Origin: an uncultured cyanobacterium
GTDB taxonomy: Bacteria > Cyanobacteriota > Cyanobacteriia > Cyanobacteriales > Nostocaceae
DNA: 64,000 bases
Reading direction: 5' to 3'
Assembly (NCBI GenBank): GCA_963740315.1
Contig: CAVUDP010000002.1
Span: 800,001 to 864,000, forward strand
Part shown: positions 41,253 through 51,141 of the stretch, piece after piece
Layout: every line of letters starts with the position of its first letter
Position numbering within the stretch: position 1 is the stretch's first letter
Program-made: the position numbers and the translations under genes
The notes under the pieces: model-generated
The model's database searches: none
What the model was told of the DNA's origin: nothing
What the model saw: the letters and a program-made list of their open reading frames with translations, nothing else

Positions 41253-41873
41253 ATGACTCAAAACTGGTTCGACAACATATACAACAAAGCTCAAGGAGAC
41301 TCCAACCAAGTTCCTTGGGCAAATATGACAGCAAATGCCTATCTCAAAGATTGGTTAAATCAACATCCACTTGAGAAAAATTTAACAGCGTTAGTTATAG
41401 GATGCGGATTGGGAGACGATGCCGAAGCTTTAGCCGAGAAAGGATTTAACGTTACCGCTTTTGATATTTCTCCTACTGCGATCGCTTGGTGCAAGCAAAG
41501 ATTTCCCAATTCTTCAGTTAACTATGTTGTTGCTGATGTCTTTGATTTAGATAAAGGATGGATACGAAATTTTGATTTTGTTTTTGAAGCCAGAACAATT
41601 CAATCTTTACCGTTAAAAGTTCGCGAGCAAACAATGTCAGCAGTTGCTCAATTAGTCGCCGATGAAGGAACATTATTAGTTGTAACAGTTACCCGCGATA
41701 CTCCTGAAGAACCAGATGGACCACCTTATCCTTTATCTTTAGAAGAAATCGATTATTTTCTAAACTTGGGATTGCAAGAGATTAACCGTAATAGTTACTC
41801 TGAGAAAAACAGTAGATTCCCCAAACGTTTAAGAATTGAATACCGTTTTAAGTCAGAAAATAAATTATCTTGA
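41253..41873 (+). CDS. Class I SAM methyltransferase (TPMT-like)
   Basis: VPWA, ALVIGCGLGDDA, FDISPTAI, GPPYPL. Confidence 0.9.
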   Translation: MTQNWFDNIYNKAQGDSNQVPWANMTANAYLKDWLNQHPLEKNLTALVIGCGLGDDAEALAEKGFNVTAFDISPTAIAWCKQRFPNSSVNYVVADVFDLDKGWIRNFDFVFEARTIQSLPLKVREQTMSAVAQLVADEGTLLVVTVTRDTPEEPDGPPYPLSLEEIDYFLNLGLQEINRNSYSEKNSRFPKRLRIEYRFKSENKLS

Positions 41874-41908
41874 GGCAACTGTTTACTTTAAAAAATTGAG
41901 GAAACAGC

Positions 41909-42691
41909 ATGACACTTTACGAGTCTATTGGAAAAACCTACGCACAAACTCGAAAGAGCGATTCACGTATAGGAAGAAAACTATTACAGCTTCTGGAATC
42001 AACGCACGCTTCAAAAATTGTAGATATTGGTGCTGGAACTGGCTCTTATGCATTTTTTCTTGCCGAGTATGGTTATGAAGTTCTTGCAGTAGAGCCTTCA
42101 GCGACGATGAGAAATCAGGCGATATCCCATCCAGCCATCGAGTGGATTGATGGGTATGCTGAAAATTTACCATTACCAGAGCGATCGGCAGAAGCGGCGA
42201 TAATTATGCTTGCTTTACACCATTTACAAGATTATCGGCAAGCATTGCGCGAAATTCATCGAGTTGTTGGTAACGGTAAGATAATTGTGTTTACTTACGA
42301 TCCGGCAATGATAAGTAGCTTTTGGTTAACTAAATATTTTCCTTCGTTTATTGAAGATGTTGAATCTACTTTTATATCGATGTCGGAGTTAACTGATGAA
42401 ATTCATTCGGTAACTGGAAATAACGCAAACATAATTCCTTTTCGGTTGCCGCATAATTTATCAGATTCCTTTGCAGCTGTTGGTTGGGCAAGACCGGAAT
42501 TATACCTCGATCGCAGCATTCGTGATGGTATTTCTTCTTTTACGAAAATCGATCCAGAGGAAGTTAATCGAGGGGTATTGCGCTTGCAAGAAGATTTGCA
42601 AACGGGAAGATGGGATAAAGAATACGGACATTTACGAAGGCAGAAGCAATATGATGTTGGCTATCGTTTTATTCAAACCATAGTTTTGTGA
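41909..42691 (+). CDS. Class I SAM methyltransferase
   Basis: DIGAGTGSY, VEPS..M, AENLPL, W.RPE.YLD. Confidence 0.9.
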   Translation: MTLYESIGKTYAQTRKSDSRIGRKLLQLLESTHASKIVDIGAGTGSYAFFLAEYGYEVLAVEPSATMRNQAISHPAIEWIDGYAENLPLPERSAEAAIIMLALHHLQDYRQALREIHRVVGNGKIIVFTYDPAMISSFWLTKYFPSFIEDVESTFISMSELTDEIHSVTGNNANIIPFRLPHNLSDSFAAVGWARPELYLDRSIRDGISSFTKIDPEEVNRGVLRLQEDLQTGRWDKEYGHLRRQKQYDVGYRFIQTIVL

Positions 42692-42850
42692 AATTATTGC
42701 TTTACGCATTTTGCTGTTAACTTCCAACAATTGGTGCGTGAGGGCAAAATTAACATCTACCAGTTATGTTTGATAATTTATCGTAGCCGTCACACACCCT
42801 ACAACAAGTTCTTTGTGGGAAACAGTTTTGGAGGAATATGTAACAGAATC

Positions 42851-42978
42851 TAAGTAGGTTGGCACTAATAAATCAAACTATGTAACGAAAAGTAAAAGCT
42901 CGAAATGCTTGGGATTGCGTCGTCGTGCCTCCTCGCAATGACAAATCACAACTATATTTATTCACGCCGACTTACTTA
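42851..42978. repeat. MITE-like element with TAAGTAGGT.GGC inverted ends
   Basis: TAAGTAGGTTGGCACTAATAAAT ... ATTTATTCACGCCGACTTACTTA, with an internal ATTGCG...CGCAAT hairpin. Confidence 0.6.
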
Positions 42979-43113
42979 AATACTTAATTATTATTGTCCA
43001 AACCCAAATATTAATCCCAAAGATACAAGTATTGAGTCAAGCAAGCATCATACTATTGAAATTGATAAATAATTTCATTGCAGAATTTATTTTCTGTTCA
43101 TTTTAGGATAATT

Positions 43114-43776
43114 ATGAGTAAAAAAACTAAGAAAACTAAAAAATCAAAAACAGATTCTCAAAAAAATAGCACCGAAAACAAGCGTCCAGTAGAAAAAGGT
43201 TTAGAAATAGACCATACTTTTAACGAAGATGGCGATCGTCCGGTTGCTAAGAGCAATTTTGAAGTAGAAGAAACTTACAACGTAGAAAATCAGGCAAAAA
43301 TAGTTCAAAGCGATTATAAACAAGGTGAATTTATTCATGTAGATGGTAATCGCCCAGTCGATCCAAGCCACTTAGAAATAGACCATACTTTTAACGAAGA
43401 TGGCGATCGCCCGGTTGCTAAGAGCAATTTTGAAGTAGAAGAAACTTACAACGTAGAAAATCAGGCAAAAATAGCCAAAAGCGATTATAAACAAGGTGAA
43501 TTTATTCACGTAGACGGTAATCGCCCAGTCGATCCAAGCAATTTAAAAATAGACCATACTTTTAGAGACGATGGCGATCGCCCGGTTGGTAAAAGCAATT
43601 TTGAAGTAGAAGAAACATTTCATGTAGATGGCGATCGTCCGATTGCCAAGAGCAATTTTGAAGATAATCAAATGATTAATGAAGACGGTCAGCGTCCGGT
43701 TGACGCAAGCGATTTACAAATAGACCATATGTTAAATATAGATGGTCAGCGTCCGGTTGGTAAAAGCAATTTGTAG
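43114..43776 (+). CDS. Hypothetical protein made of 19-aa DGxRP(V/I) repeats
   Basis: Eight DG(D/N/Q)RP(V/I) motifs on a 19-aa period; 171-bp DNA duplication (43201 vs 43372); ATG preceded by AGGA. Confidence 0.8.
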   Translation: MSKKTKKTKKSKTDSQKNSTENKRPVEKGLEIDHTFNEDGDRPVAKSNFEVEETYNVENQAKIVQSDYKQGEFIHVDGNRPVDPSHLEIDHTFNEDGDRPVAKSNFEVEETYNVENQAKIAKSDYKQGEFIHVDGNRPVDPSNLKIDHTFRDDGDRPVGKSNFEVEETFHVDGDRPIAKSNFEDNQMINEDGQRPVDASDLQIDHMLNIDGQRPVGKSNL

Positions 43777-43861
43777 ATATATTCATTAATTAGAGTTCGT
43801 AGTAAGGGCTTAAGCCCTTCTATCTGAGGACTAAAGTCCTTACTACAAACATATTTTAAAT

Positions 43862-45151
43862 TTATCCCAACACCAAACGAACCAAACTAAAAATAACCGC
43901 GCTTAAAACTGCACTCACCGGAAGCGTAATAATCCAAGCAGCAGCAATTCCTTGCAAAGTTTTGAACTGCACCGATTTTATATCTTGAACTATTCCAATA
44001 CCAACCACACCACCAACAAGTGCGTGAGAAGTAGAAACGGGTAAACCAAAACGAGACGCGAGAATCACCGTAGTAGCGGTTGCTAATTCCGCACAAAAGC
44101 CGCTACTTGGCTGCAAAGCAATAATACTTTCGCCAATAGTTGCGATCACCTTTTTACCCCAAACCGCCAAACCAAAAACAATCCCAGCACCACCGATCGC
44201 CAGAATCCATATAGGAATATCTAAATCATAAATAGGAACTTTCCCAGTTTTATTGACATAAGTTATAGCAGCCAAAGGAGCGATCGCATTTCCCACATCA
44301 TTTGAGCCGTGAGCAAACGCCACAAAACAAGCACTCAACAATTGGAATCTACCAAATATACGCTCAACGGGATTAGGAAATTGAGCATTGTTTTCTACCC
44401 CCTCTACCCCCTCTACCCCTTCTCCCCCCTCTCTCCCCAACTCTCGCCAACTATAAACTGTAAGCCCCACAGCCGCAAATGTACCGATAAAAAGTGGAAC
44501 ATCATGAGACGGTATATTCCAACCAACATCATTAATTAAATAACTTGCAAGCGGTTGAGTTACTTTGGGTAAAACGATGATTCCGAATACTCCCAGCAAG
44601 AAAGCACTCAACCAGGGAATCCACTCATTTAGCTGTCGTAATTGTTGCGGTTGGTCTAAAATCCAACGCTTAATTTGACTGTAAAATAAAGCCGCAATAC
44701 AACCGCTGATAACAGGCGTAATAATCCATCCCAAAGTAATCATGCCAATCGATGACCACTCAACTGCACCAAACCCAACAGCCGTAATACTAAAACCGGC
44801 GATCGCACCAACAACTGCATGGGAAGAAGAAACTGGTAAACCCCGTGACGTGGCAATTTGTAACCATATAGCGCTAGCCAATAACACGGAAAACATCCCG
44901 GTAGCAAAAACCTGGGGTACATTGGCAAATATTTCCGGATTAGTTACCTCCGTCGCCAAAGTTTGGGATACCTCATGTCCGAATAAAACAGCGCCGCTAA
45001 ATTCCAGAATTCCAGCAATTATCAAAGCCTGTTTTAAAGTAATAGCCTTGGAGCCTACCGAAGTACCCATTGCATTTGCAACATCATTTGCTCCCAGATT
45101 CCAAGCAAGGTAGAAAGCTAATAAGATAACTATAAAAATAGGGATTGTCAT
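43862..45151 (-). CDS. Inorganic phosphate transporter (PiT family)
   Basis: GANDVAN.MGTSVG, PVSSSH, HGSNDVGN, PVSTSH. Confidence 0.95.
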   Translation of the reverse strand: MTIPIFIVILLAFYLAWNLGANDVANAMGTSVGSKAITLKQALIIAGILEFSGAVLFGHEVSQTLATEVTNPEIFANVPQVFATGMFSVLLASAIWLQIATSRGLPVSSSHAVVGAIAGFSITAVGFGAVEWSSIGMITLGWIITPVISGCIAALFYSQIKRWILDQPQQLRQLNEWIPWLSAFLLGVFGIIVLPKVTQPLASYLINDVGWNIPSHDVPLFIGTFAAVGLTVYSWRELGREGGEGVEGVEGVENNAQFPNPVERIFGRFQLLSACFVAFAHGSNDVGNAIAPLAAITYVNKTGKVPIYDLDIPIWILAIGGAGIVFGLAVWGKKVIATIGESIIALQPSSGFCAELATATTVILASRFGLPVSTSHALVGGVVGIGIVQDIKSVQFKTLQGIAAAWIITLPVSAVLSAVIFSLVRLVLG

Positions 45152-45362
45152 ATTTAATTAATAGGGAATTGATAATTGCTATACGCCCGCACGCAATACC
45201 TACGGTACGCAACGCTTGCCGCGTGAATGGTAATTGCTAATTGGTAATTAAAAACTCCTAACTCCGGTGGTCCTAAATCCCAACTCCGGTGGTCCCAACT
45301 TCTAACTCCCAACTCCGGTGGTCCCAACTTCTTCACCGTCTCTGTCTACTATCGAGTGGTAA

Positions 45363-46256
45363 TTAGTTCCACTTGCTTACACACAGCATATTAACGGGAT
45401 ACGGACAGGTAATTTGTCCATCTGGGTTGGTTTTACTAATTTCACGTAGATAATCTAAAAACATTTGCTTTTGGGAAGCCGAAAAGTATTTGGTATCGAC
45501 TCCAAGGATAAAATCGAGCAATTGTTTTCCTCGTTCTAACTGCGAATCAAAACAAGTTGAAATGTCGAGGGAGGCTGGAATAGCTTGTTTGGAATAAGCA
45601 ATTTGGCGAATATCTAACGTTTCTTCAATCTGATGACTATACAAGGGAACTCTACCCCATAGCTTATTTGAGATAGAGAAAAATGGAATAGCCATATCTT
45701 CCAAAGGTGCATTCATTACTACCAATTTGCTGTCTGAATTGAGAATATTTCTAATTTTTGAAAGTGTTGATTCGAGATCGGAGCAATAATACAATACATG
45801 AATGCATAAAATGGCATCGAAAGATTGCTTGAAGGAGCAGGAATTGAAATCTTCGTTAAAAATCTCAAAAGAAAAGTTTTCGTTTTCACGAGCAAGGTTA
45901 TCAAGTTTTTGTTGAGTTGCCAAAGTCTGTTCTTTATTAGAATCTATGCCTACAAAATGAATCTTTTGATTTTTGGCAAGCAACTTTTTTAATAAAGGTA
46001 CTTCAAAAGATCCGCTTCCACAGCCCACACTCAGGATACTGTAACTGCTTCGATCTTCAAATGTTTTTTCAAAATAAATAAACATTGCATCGAGCATTTT
46101 AGCTTGCTGGTTTGTACTATGACAATAAACTTCATGGCATTCCAAATAATTTTGACCTTTGAGTTCTATTAAATTGAGGTTTGGAACTTCCCCATGAAAG
46201 TATGAAATTTTAGCAAATTCCGTTGTCCATCGATCGATTGGCTGTGATGTACGCAT
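45363..46256 (-). CDS. Class I SAM methyltransferase (histamine N-methyltransferase-like)
   Basis: ILSVGCGSG, FD.I.C.HVLYY. Confidence 0.8.
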   Translation of the reverse strand: MRTSQPIDRWTTEFAKISYFHGEVPNLNLIELKGQNYLECHEVYCHSTNQQAKMLDAMFIYFEKTFEDRSSYSILSVGCGSGSFEVPLLKKLLAKNQKIHFVGIDSNKEQTLATQQKLDNLARENENFSFEIFNEDFNSCSFKQSFDAILCIHVLYYCSDLESTLSKIRNILNSDSKLVVMNAPLEDMAIPFFSISNKLWGRVPLYSHQIEETLDIRQIAYSKQAIPASLDISTCFDSQLERGKQLLDFILGVDTKYFSASQKQMFLDYLREISKTNPDGQITCPYPVNMLCVSKWN

Positions 46257-46690
46257 TTTTAGAAATATTTAATCACTCGAATTGTACTATATTCTCTTGA
46301 CCGAAATACCATTGCACGTGGTGATTGATAGTTAAGCAATTGGGACTCCGAATGGTGAATCTGAGCTAGAGTAAATTGCCCATCTGAAACCTTCTCGCAG
46401 CTAAAAGGTATAAATTTGTTCACAAAAGGGTATGCATTTGCGTTAAAAACCGGGAATATCGGCGAATAACTAACCCGTAAAACAGATATCTTGTCTTCAG
46501 AAACCCGGTTTTTTAGTCTTCTTGAAAATAGTGTAAGAAATGAATTAAAAATGATTGCAGTCGATCGAGGCTTCTAAATAATTCTTAGAAAGAAAGCTTT
46601 TTCCTTTCCCACAGATGTCTATCAATAATATTTATTCAAAACCAACTTAAAAGATGGAGAATATTATTAAAATAAGCGTAAATTACACAA

Positions 46691-48222
46691 ATGATTAATC
46701 AAATATACACCGCCGATGTATTAGTAGTTGGTGGTGGCACCGGGGGCATTACTGCGGCGATTCAAGCAGCGCGTCGAGGTGCAAAAACTATTTTAGTCAG
46801 CGAATTTTCCTGGCTGGGGGGAATGTTAACGTCTGCTGGAGTTTGCGCTCCCGATGGTAACGAATTGCAAGCTTTTCAAACCGGAATCTGGGGTACGTTT
46901 TTACAAGAATTGCGTTCTCGACAACCGTCCGGTTTAGATAACTGTTGGGCAAGTTTTTTTAGCTATCACCCCCAAATAGGAGCGCAAATATTTGCAGACT
47001 GGGTAGCCCAATTAACAAATCTGCAATGGATTTCCGGACAATTACCTCTATCCGTATTATTTCAAGATAACTGCGTTACGGGAGTTGGATTTGCAGATTT
47101 TCCGATCGATCCCTGTTTGCAGGTGCTTGGTACGATCGCGGTGCAGAAAAATTCTTGAACTATGGATGCTTGGGAAATAATTTTTTTGCGATCGATTACC
47201 CCAATTGTGGCAACGACTACGGCTTATATTTAGGACGACTGGTTGAATCGGAGTCAGCCTCAAGTGAGTTTCTCTATGAATGTGGTAATTATAGCCAAAA
47301 TTTTGCTCATTTCGTCCAATCACAACTCGGTCGTCGCTACGGTTTGGCAGAAGTTTTTCGCTACGGAATCTAAAATCCAAAATTCTTGTGGTGCGATCGC
47401 GCTTCATCCTTACTATCGAGAAAGTCGCCGCTTGGTAGGAGTCACTACGGTGAGACAGGATATTTTGCCAATTCCTGGGGGTAATGGAGCAGCTTTATAT
47501 ATAGATAGTATCGCCATTGGAAACTATATCCCGGTGTTAAGTTCGAGTTGCAACCAAAATCAATCCGTTGGGGAGGGCGTTTAACGGGAACTCCTTTCAC
47601 TATTCCTTATAGTTGCTTAGTTCCCTTGAAAATAGATGGTTTACTAGTCTGCGAAAAAAATATTTCTGTCTCGCATATAGCAAACGGTGCTACCAGATTG
47701 CAGCCTGTGGTGATGAATATCGCTCAAGCTGCGGGAATGGCTGCGGCGATGTGTATTGAGATAAATTGTCAACCCAGAAATTTACCTGTAAGAGCATTGC
47801 AACAAGCTTTATTAAACGATCTACAAGCACCAGCAGCAATATATGTTGTTCAATTTACTACCAAAACACCCAGATTGGTCGAGTAAGCAGCTGTATTATT
47901 TAGACAACTTTCGTGACTACCCTGCTAGCGGTAATTGTCCCGACACATCTAAGCTTAAGTACTCATACGGTAATGAAAATACAGTACTGCTACGGAATAG
48001 TTACTGTTATAAAGGCATTTATCAGCGTATACATCAGCAAGATTACAGATTGAAAATTACCGCTATAACTGTATATAAAGAATAGATTTATCAGCTTTTA
48101 ACTTTAAACCCAGATGTAGCTTTAGCCTTAGAATCACTGTCTGACAAAGATATAGTAGATATTTGGGTCGGATAAGTCATGCTGGTAGCTGGTTATTAGT
48201 AGAACACATAGCGAATAACTAA
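46691..48222 (+). pseudogene. FAD-dependent oxidoreductase, fragmented
   Basis: DVLVVGGGTGG...WLGGMLT.AGV.APDG; later pieces lie in different frames: PYYRESRRL.G, PFTIPY..LVP...GLLVCEKNISVSHIANGATRLQP, AGSWLLVE. Confidence 0.9.
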
Positions 48223-48265
48223 GAAAAAAATAATATAGTAAAAAAAAGTACTATTTGGCAAAATA

Positions 48266-48295
48266 TCCGGATGCAGTAATTAAAACTAAGTATCA
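48266..48295 (+). promoter_or_regulatory. DIF1-type heterocyst differentiation promoter
   Basis: TCCGGA (48266-48271), 18 nt, GTATCA; about 60 bp upstream of patX. Confidence 0.75.
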
Positions 48296-48328
48296 GGAAA
48301 GTAGATAGTTCAAAAATAAACATCTACT

Positions 48329-48544
48329 ATGCGTACAGCCATTTCACTTTTAGTTACAAGTTTCGTATTCGGCTCCTTAGCTGTTAACTTCCAAGAAATA
48401 GGAAATTCTTTAGTAAATGAAATGTTTTCCACTTCTGGAGAGCAAGAATTATTATTAAGTAGATCCAATCCACATAAGAAGCCTACAGCACCTCATAGAG
48501 GTAGTGGACGCAGAGAGTTTATGGAATATTCCAACAACACTTAA
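48329..48544 (+). CDS. patX: Heterocyst-inhibiting signalling peptide precursor PatX
   Basis: Hydrophobic N-terminal signal, PHRGSGRR near the C-terminus, DIF1 motif; lies between the FAD oxidoreductase and methyltransferase/glnA. Confidence 0.9.
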   Translation: MRTAISLLVTSFVFGSLAVNFQEIGNSLVNEMFSTSGEQELLLSRSNPHKKPTAPHRGSGRREFMEYSNNT

Positions 48545-49165
48545 TTCTGCTGCATCGCTACAATTCTTGCAACGCATAGAACCTGTAAGTTCTGTTATAT
48601 CAAGTACTCCCGTATAGCTTGTAAGGTGTTAAAAATCACTATTTACCTTATTTGCTTCGTGCAGATATCAAATTTGCGACACGGCATTGTTAGATAATTG
48701 TTCGTTATTATTTATTTCGTCTGTCTGTATAAATAGCCAGTCAAACCATATATATCAACGGTTTATTGATTGTCTAGTTAGATAGCATCATAATCGCTTC
48801 TCCACCGAGAAATTTTTCTCACACACGTCTGCCACTAGAAAGTTAATCTTCCAATTTGTTTCCATATTTGGAATATGATTCCTGCGATTGCGATCGGTAG
48901 GACATCTAGTTTAAATATGCTTACTTTTAGAAGAGGCTAGAATCGAAGCGTCCGTTTTTTATAAATTAAGTACAACCAGCAAGTAACCTCATTTGCGCTC
49001 CGCAGCAAATAATCAAGATTACCGCCATTATTTGTGCTTAGTTACAGCTGATTATTATAAATTCGGTGATTCACTCACCTAAATGTTATGCATCCTATGC
49101 TTGTTTATGACTAGAGGCGAAAATTCGTCTCTAGTATTTGCTTTGTTTTGATAAAAATATGAAAA

Positions 49166-49187
49166 AAGGGCATATAATAAATGCCCT
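49166..49187 (-). terminator. Intrinsic terminator candidate for the 49249-50307 gene
   Basis: AAGGGCAT-ATAATAA-ATGCCCTT stem, with an A-run on the left (U-tract on the minus strand). Confidence 0.55.
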
Positions 49188-49248
49188 TAAAAACTAATAC
49201 AAATACATTTCTTGTATCAACCGAAAATCTATAATGATTCAAAAAAAC

Positions 49249-50307
49249 CTATGCTGAAGGTTTGCGAGCAATCAAATATTTGCTCATATGGTGAACCTGC
49301 ATCTCAATGTTCTCAAAACCAGCCGTTTCTAAACGCTCTACTAAATTATCAGTCACATAATTCATGTAGAAAGGTTCGTGGAAGGTTTGTTGGAAGTTTT
49401 GCATTGCGGGTTCGACTTCCGGTGAATCGCTCATTTGCACTGAATCGCAAAGAATAAAAGTTCCACCCGGTTTTGTAACTCGGAAGGCTTCGTTAATTAC
49501 TCGCTGACGTACTGGTGCTGGTAATTCGTGGAAAAGAAAAATACAAGTTGTGGCGTGAAAATAGTCATCTAAATAAGGTAACTCTTCAGCATTAGCTTGC
49601 AAAAGTTGCGGTAATTCTCCAGGAATTTCTGAGAGCAGTTGATTAGCTTTCCGCAAGTAAGTTGGAGATAAGTCCGTACCAAACAACGAGCAGTACGGTA
49701 AAGTTGCTCGAATCATCTTTAAAGTACGCCCGGTACCGCAAGCTATATCTAAAACACGTTGTTGACGTGGAGATACATCTTTCATAACTTTCAAACCTTC
49801 TTTTAATGGAGCCAAAATTCTGCGTCGCATTGCATCGGCAGCACCATTAAAGAGAATTTCTACCCCTAAATCGTACAGGTTAGCAGATGATTCGCTCAAA
49901 TAACCATCGGTTTGATAATGGAAATTCCGTGCGTAGTATTTGGGATAATCTTTAATATCTATATTTGGAGAAAATTCCTGATATTTTTGTTGTTTAGCTC
50001 GCTCCCAAGTTTGGGGTAAATCCATCCATAGTTGGGGATAATAAAGAAAAAAATCTTCCCAAGGATTGTCAAACAATAGGCTTTTGGGATACACGCCTTT
50101 TTCGGCATCTTCCCAATCAGCTTCTAATAAATTATTTAGACGCTCCTGTAATTTGAGTAATAACTCTGTGGGAATCGGTGTTACTTTCTTCTCCACCGGA
50201 GATAAAGCTTTCATCAGCTCCGTGCTGATAATTTTATGAGCTAAACCAAAAATACTTTTACCCTGTTGAAATGTCTGGTAAGTAAATTTTGTTAAAGTGT
50301 CTGGCAT
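49249..50307 (-). CDS. Class I SAM methyltransferase (conserved cyanobacterial type)
   Basis: YY.RNFHYQTDGYLS..SA.LYD, LDIACGTG, FLFHELP, FHEPFY. Confidence 0.92.
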   Translation of the reverse strand: MPDTLTKFTYQTFQQGKSIFGLAHKIISTELMKALSPVEKKVTPIPTELLLKLQERLNNLLEADWEDAEKGVYPKSLLFDNPWEDFFLYYPQLWMDLPQTWERAKQQKYQEFSPNIDIKDYPKYYARNFHYQTDGYLSESSANLYDLGVEILFNGAADAMRRRILAPLKEGLKVMKDVSPRQQRVLDIACGTGRTLKMIRATLPYCSLFGTDLSPTYLRKANQLLSEIPGELPQLLQANAEELPYLDDYFHATTCIFLFHELPAPVRQRVINEAFRVTKPGGTFILCDSVQMSDSPEVEPAMQNFQQTFHEPFYMNYVTDNLVERLETAGFENIEMQVHHMSKYLIARKPSA

Positions 50308-50598
50308 AGTATCTCTAAATTTTGTAACCTATTCTCATTTTATTGAAATATTTTGTAATAAACAATCATAAAGGTTGAAAAAAAAATCTGTGTAATTGAC
50401 TAAGACCTATCGAAAGAAAGATGCTAAGCACCAGTACTTCCTTCCGGTATATTTTTTTTCAATATTAAGATTAAATATCATTTTTGCAACCAAACAGTTA
50501 GAGAAAGTACTTTGAATCGCCAGTAGCCTCTAAAATCAAAAACGAATCGAGACTTCACATAAGTTTATATGTTTTTTTAATAAAAAAGTCGGAAAACC

Positions 50599-50629
50599 GT
50601 AGTCATTGTTACAGAATTATTCGTACAAT
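50599..50629 (+). promoter_or_regulatory. NtcA site in repressing position at the gifA promoter
   Basis: GTAGTCATTGTTAC (GTA-N8-TAC, 50599-50612), only 11 nt before TACAAT (-10). Confidence 0.8.
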
Positions 50630-50699
50630 TAAGAAAAGCGGAAAAATAAGTTTACTAGATATTTCTAGATATTAATAAAAAATAAGGAGTCAAAAAATT

Positions 50700-50900
50700 A
50701 TGAATACTCAAGAAAAAGCACGTGCTTTAATGCAAGGTCATTATCAAACCATTAAAAATCGCCAACAGTCAATGCTCGGACGTGTAGGAGAGGAAATTGG
50801 TCTTCCAGGAGAAGTATCTGGTTATTGGAATCCAATTCAAGGAAAAATAAATCCTTCTGCGTGGAATAATTACGATCGCAGCAATGCGACAATGAGCTAA
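50700..50900 (+). CDS. gifA: Glutamine synthetase inactivating factor IF7
   Basis: M.TQE.ARALM..H...IKNRQQSML.R...EIG...YDRS.ATMS; convergent with glnA; AAGGAG RBS. Confidence 0.93.
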   Translation: MNTQEKARALMQGHYQTIKNRQQSMLGRVGEEIGLPGEVSGYWNPIQGKINPSAWNNYDRSNATMS

Positions 50901-51054
50901 GAAATATTTGTTTGTAGTAAGGGCTTCAGCCCTCAACTCAATGAAATATTTGTTCGTAGTAAGAGCTTTAGCTCTCAATGAAATATTTGTTTTACGTGCC
51001 GGCATTGGTTCCCTCAATCAGCAATATAGAGGGCTAAAGCCCTTACTACGAACC

Positions 51055-51086
51055 TAAAAAAAAAGCCACCCCTAAAAAGGTGGCTT
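51055..51086 (-). terminator. glnA intrinsic terminator
   Basis: AAGCCACC-N8-GGTGGCTT stem with a long A-run on the left. Confidence 0.75.
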
Positions 51087-51141
51087 AATTTATGTTTTTT
51101 AACTATCTCGGATTGACCGAAATCTACAAAAAAATCCCTTT

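Noticed and set aside
46300..46420. Riboswitch in the leader of the 45363-46256 methyltransferase
   Set aside because: The stretch is moderately GC-rich, but I could not match SAM, TPP, cobalamin, guanidine or glutamine consensus by eye. An Rfam scan would settle it.
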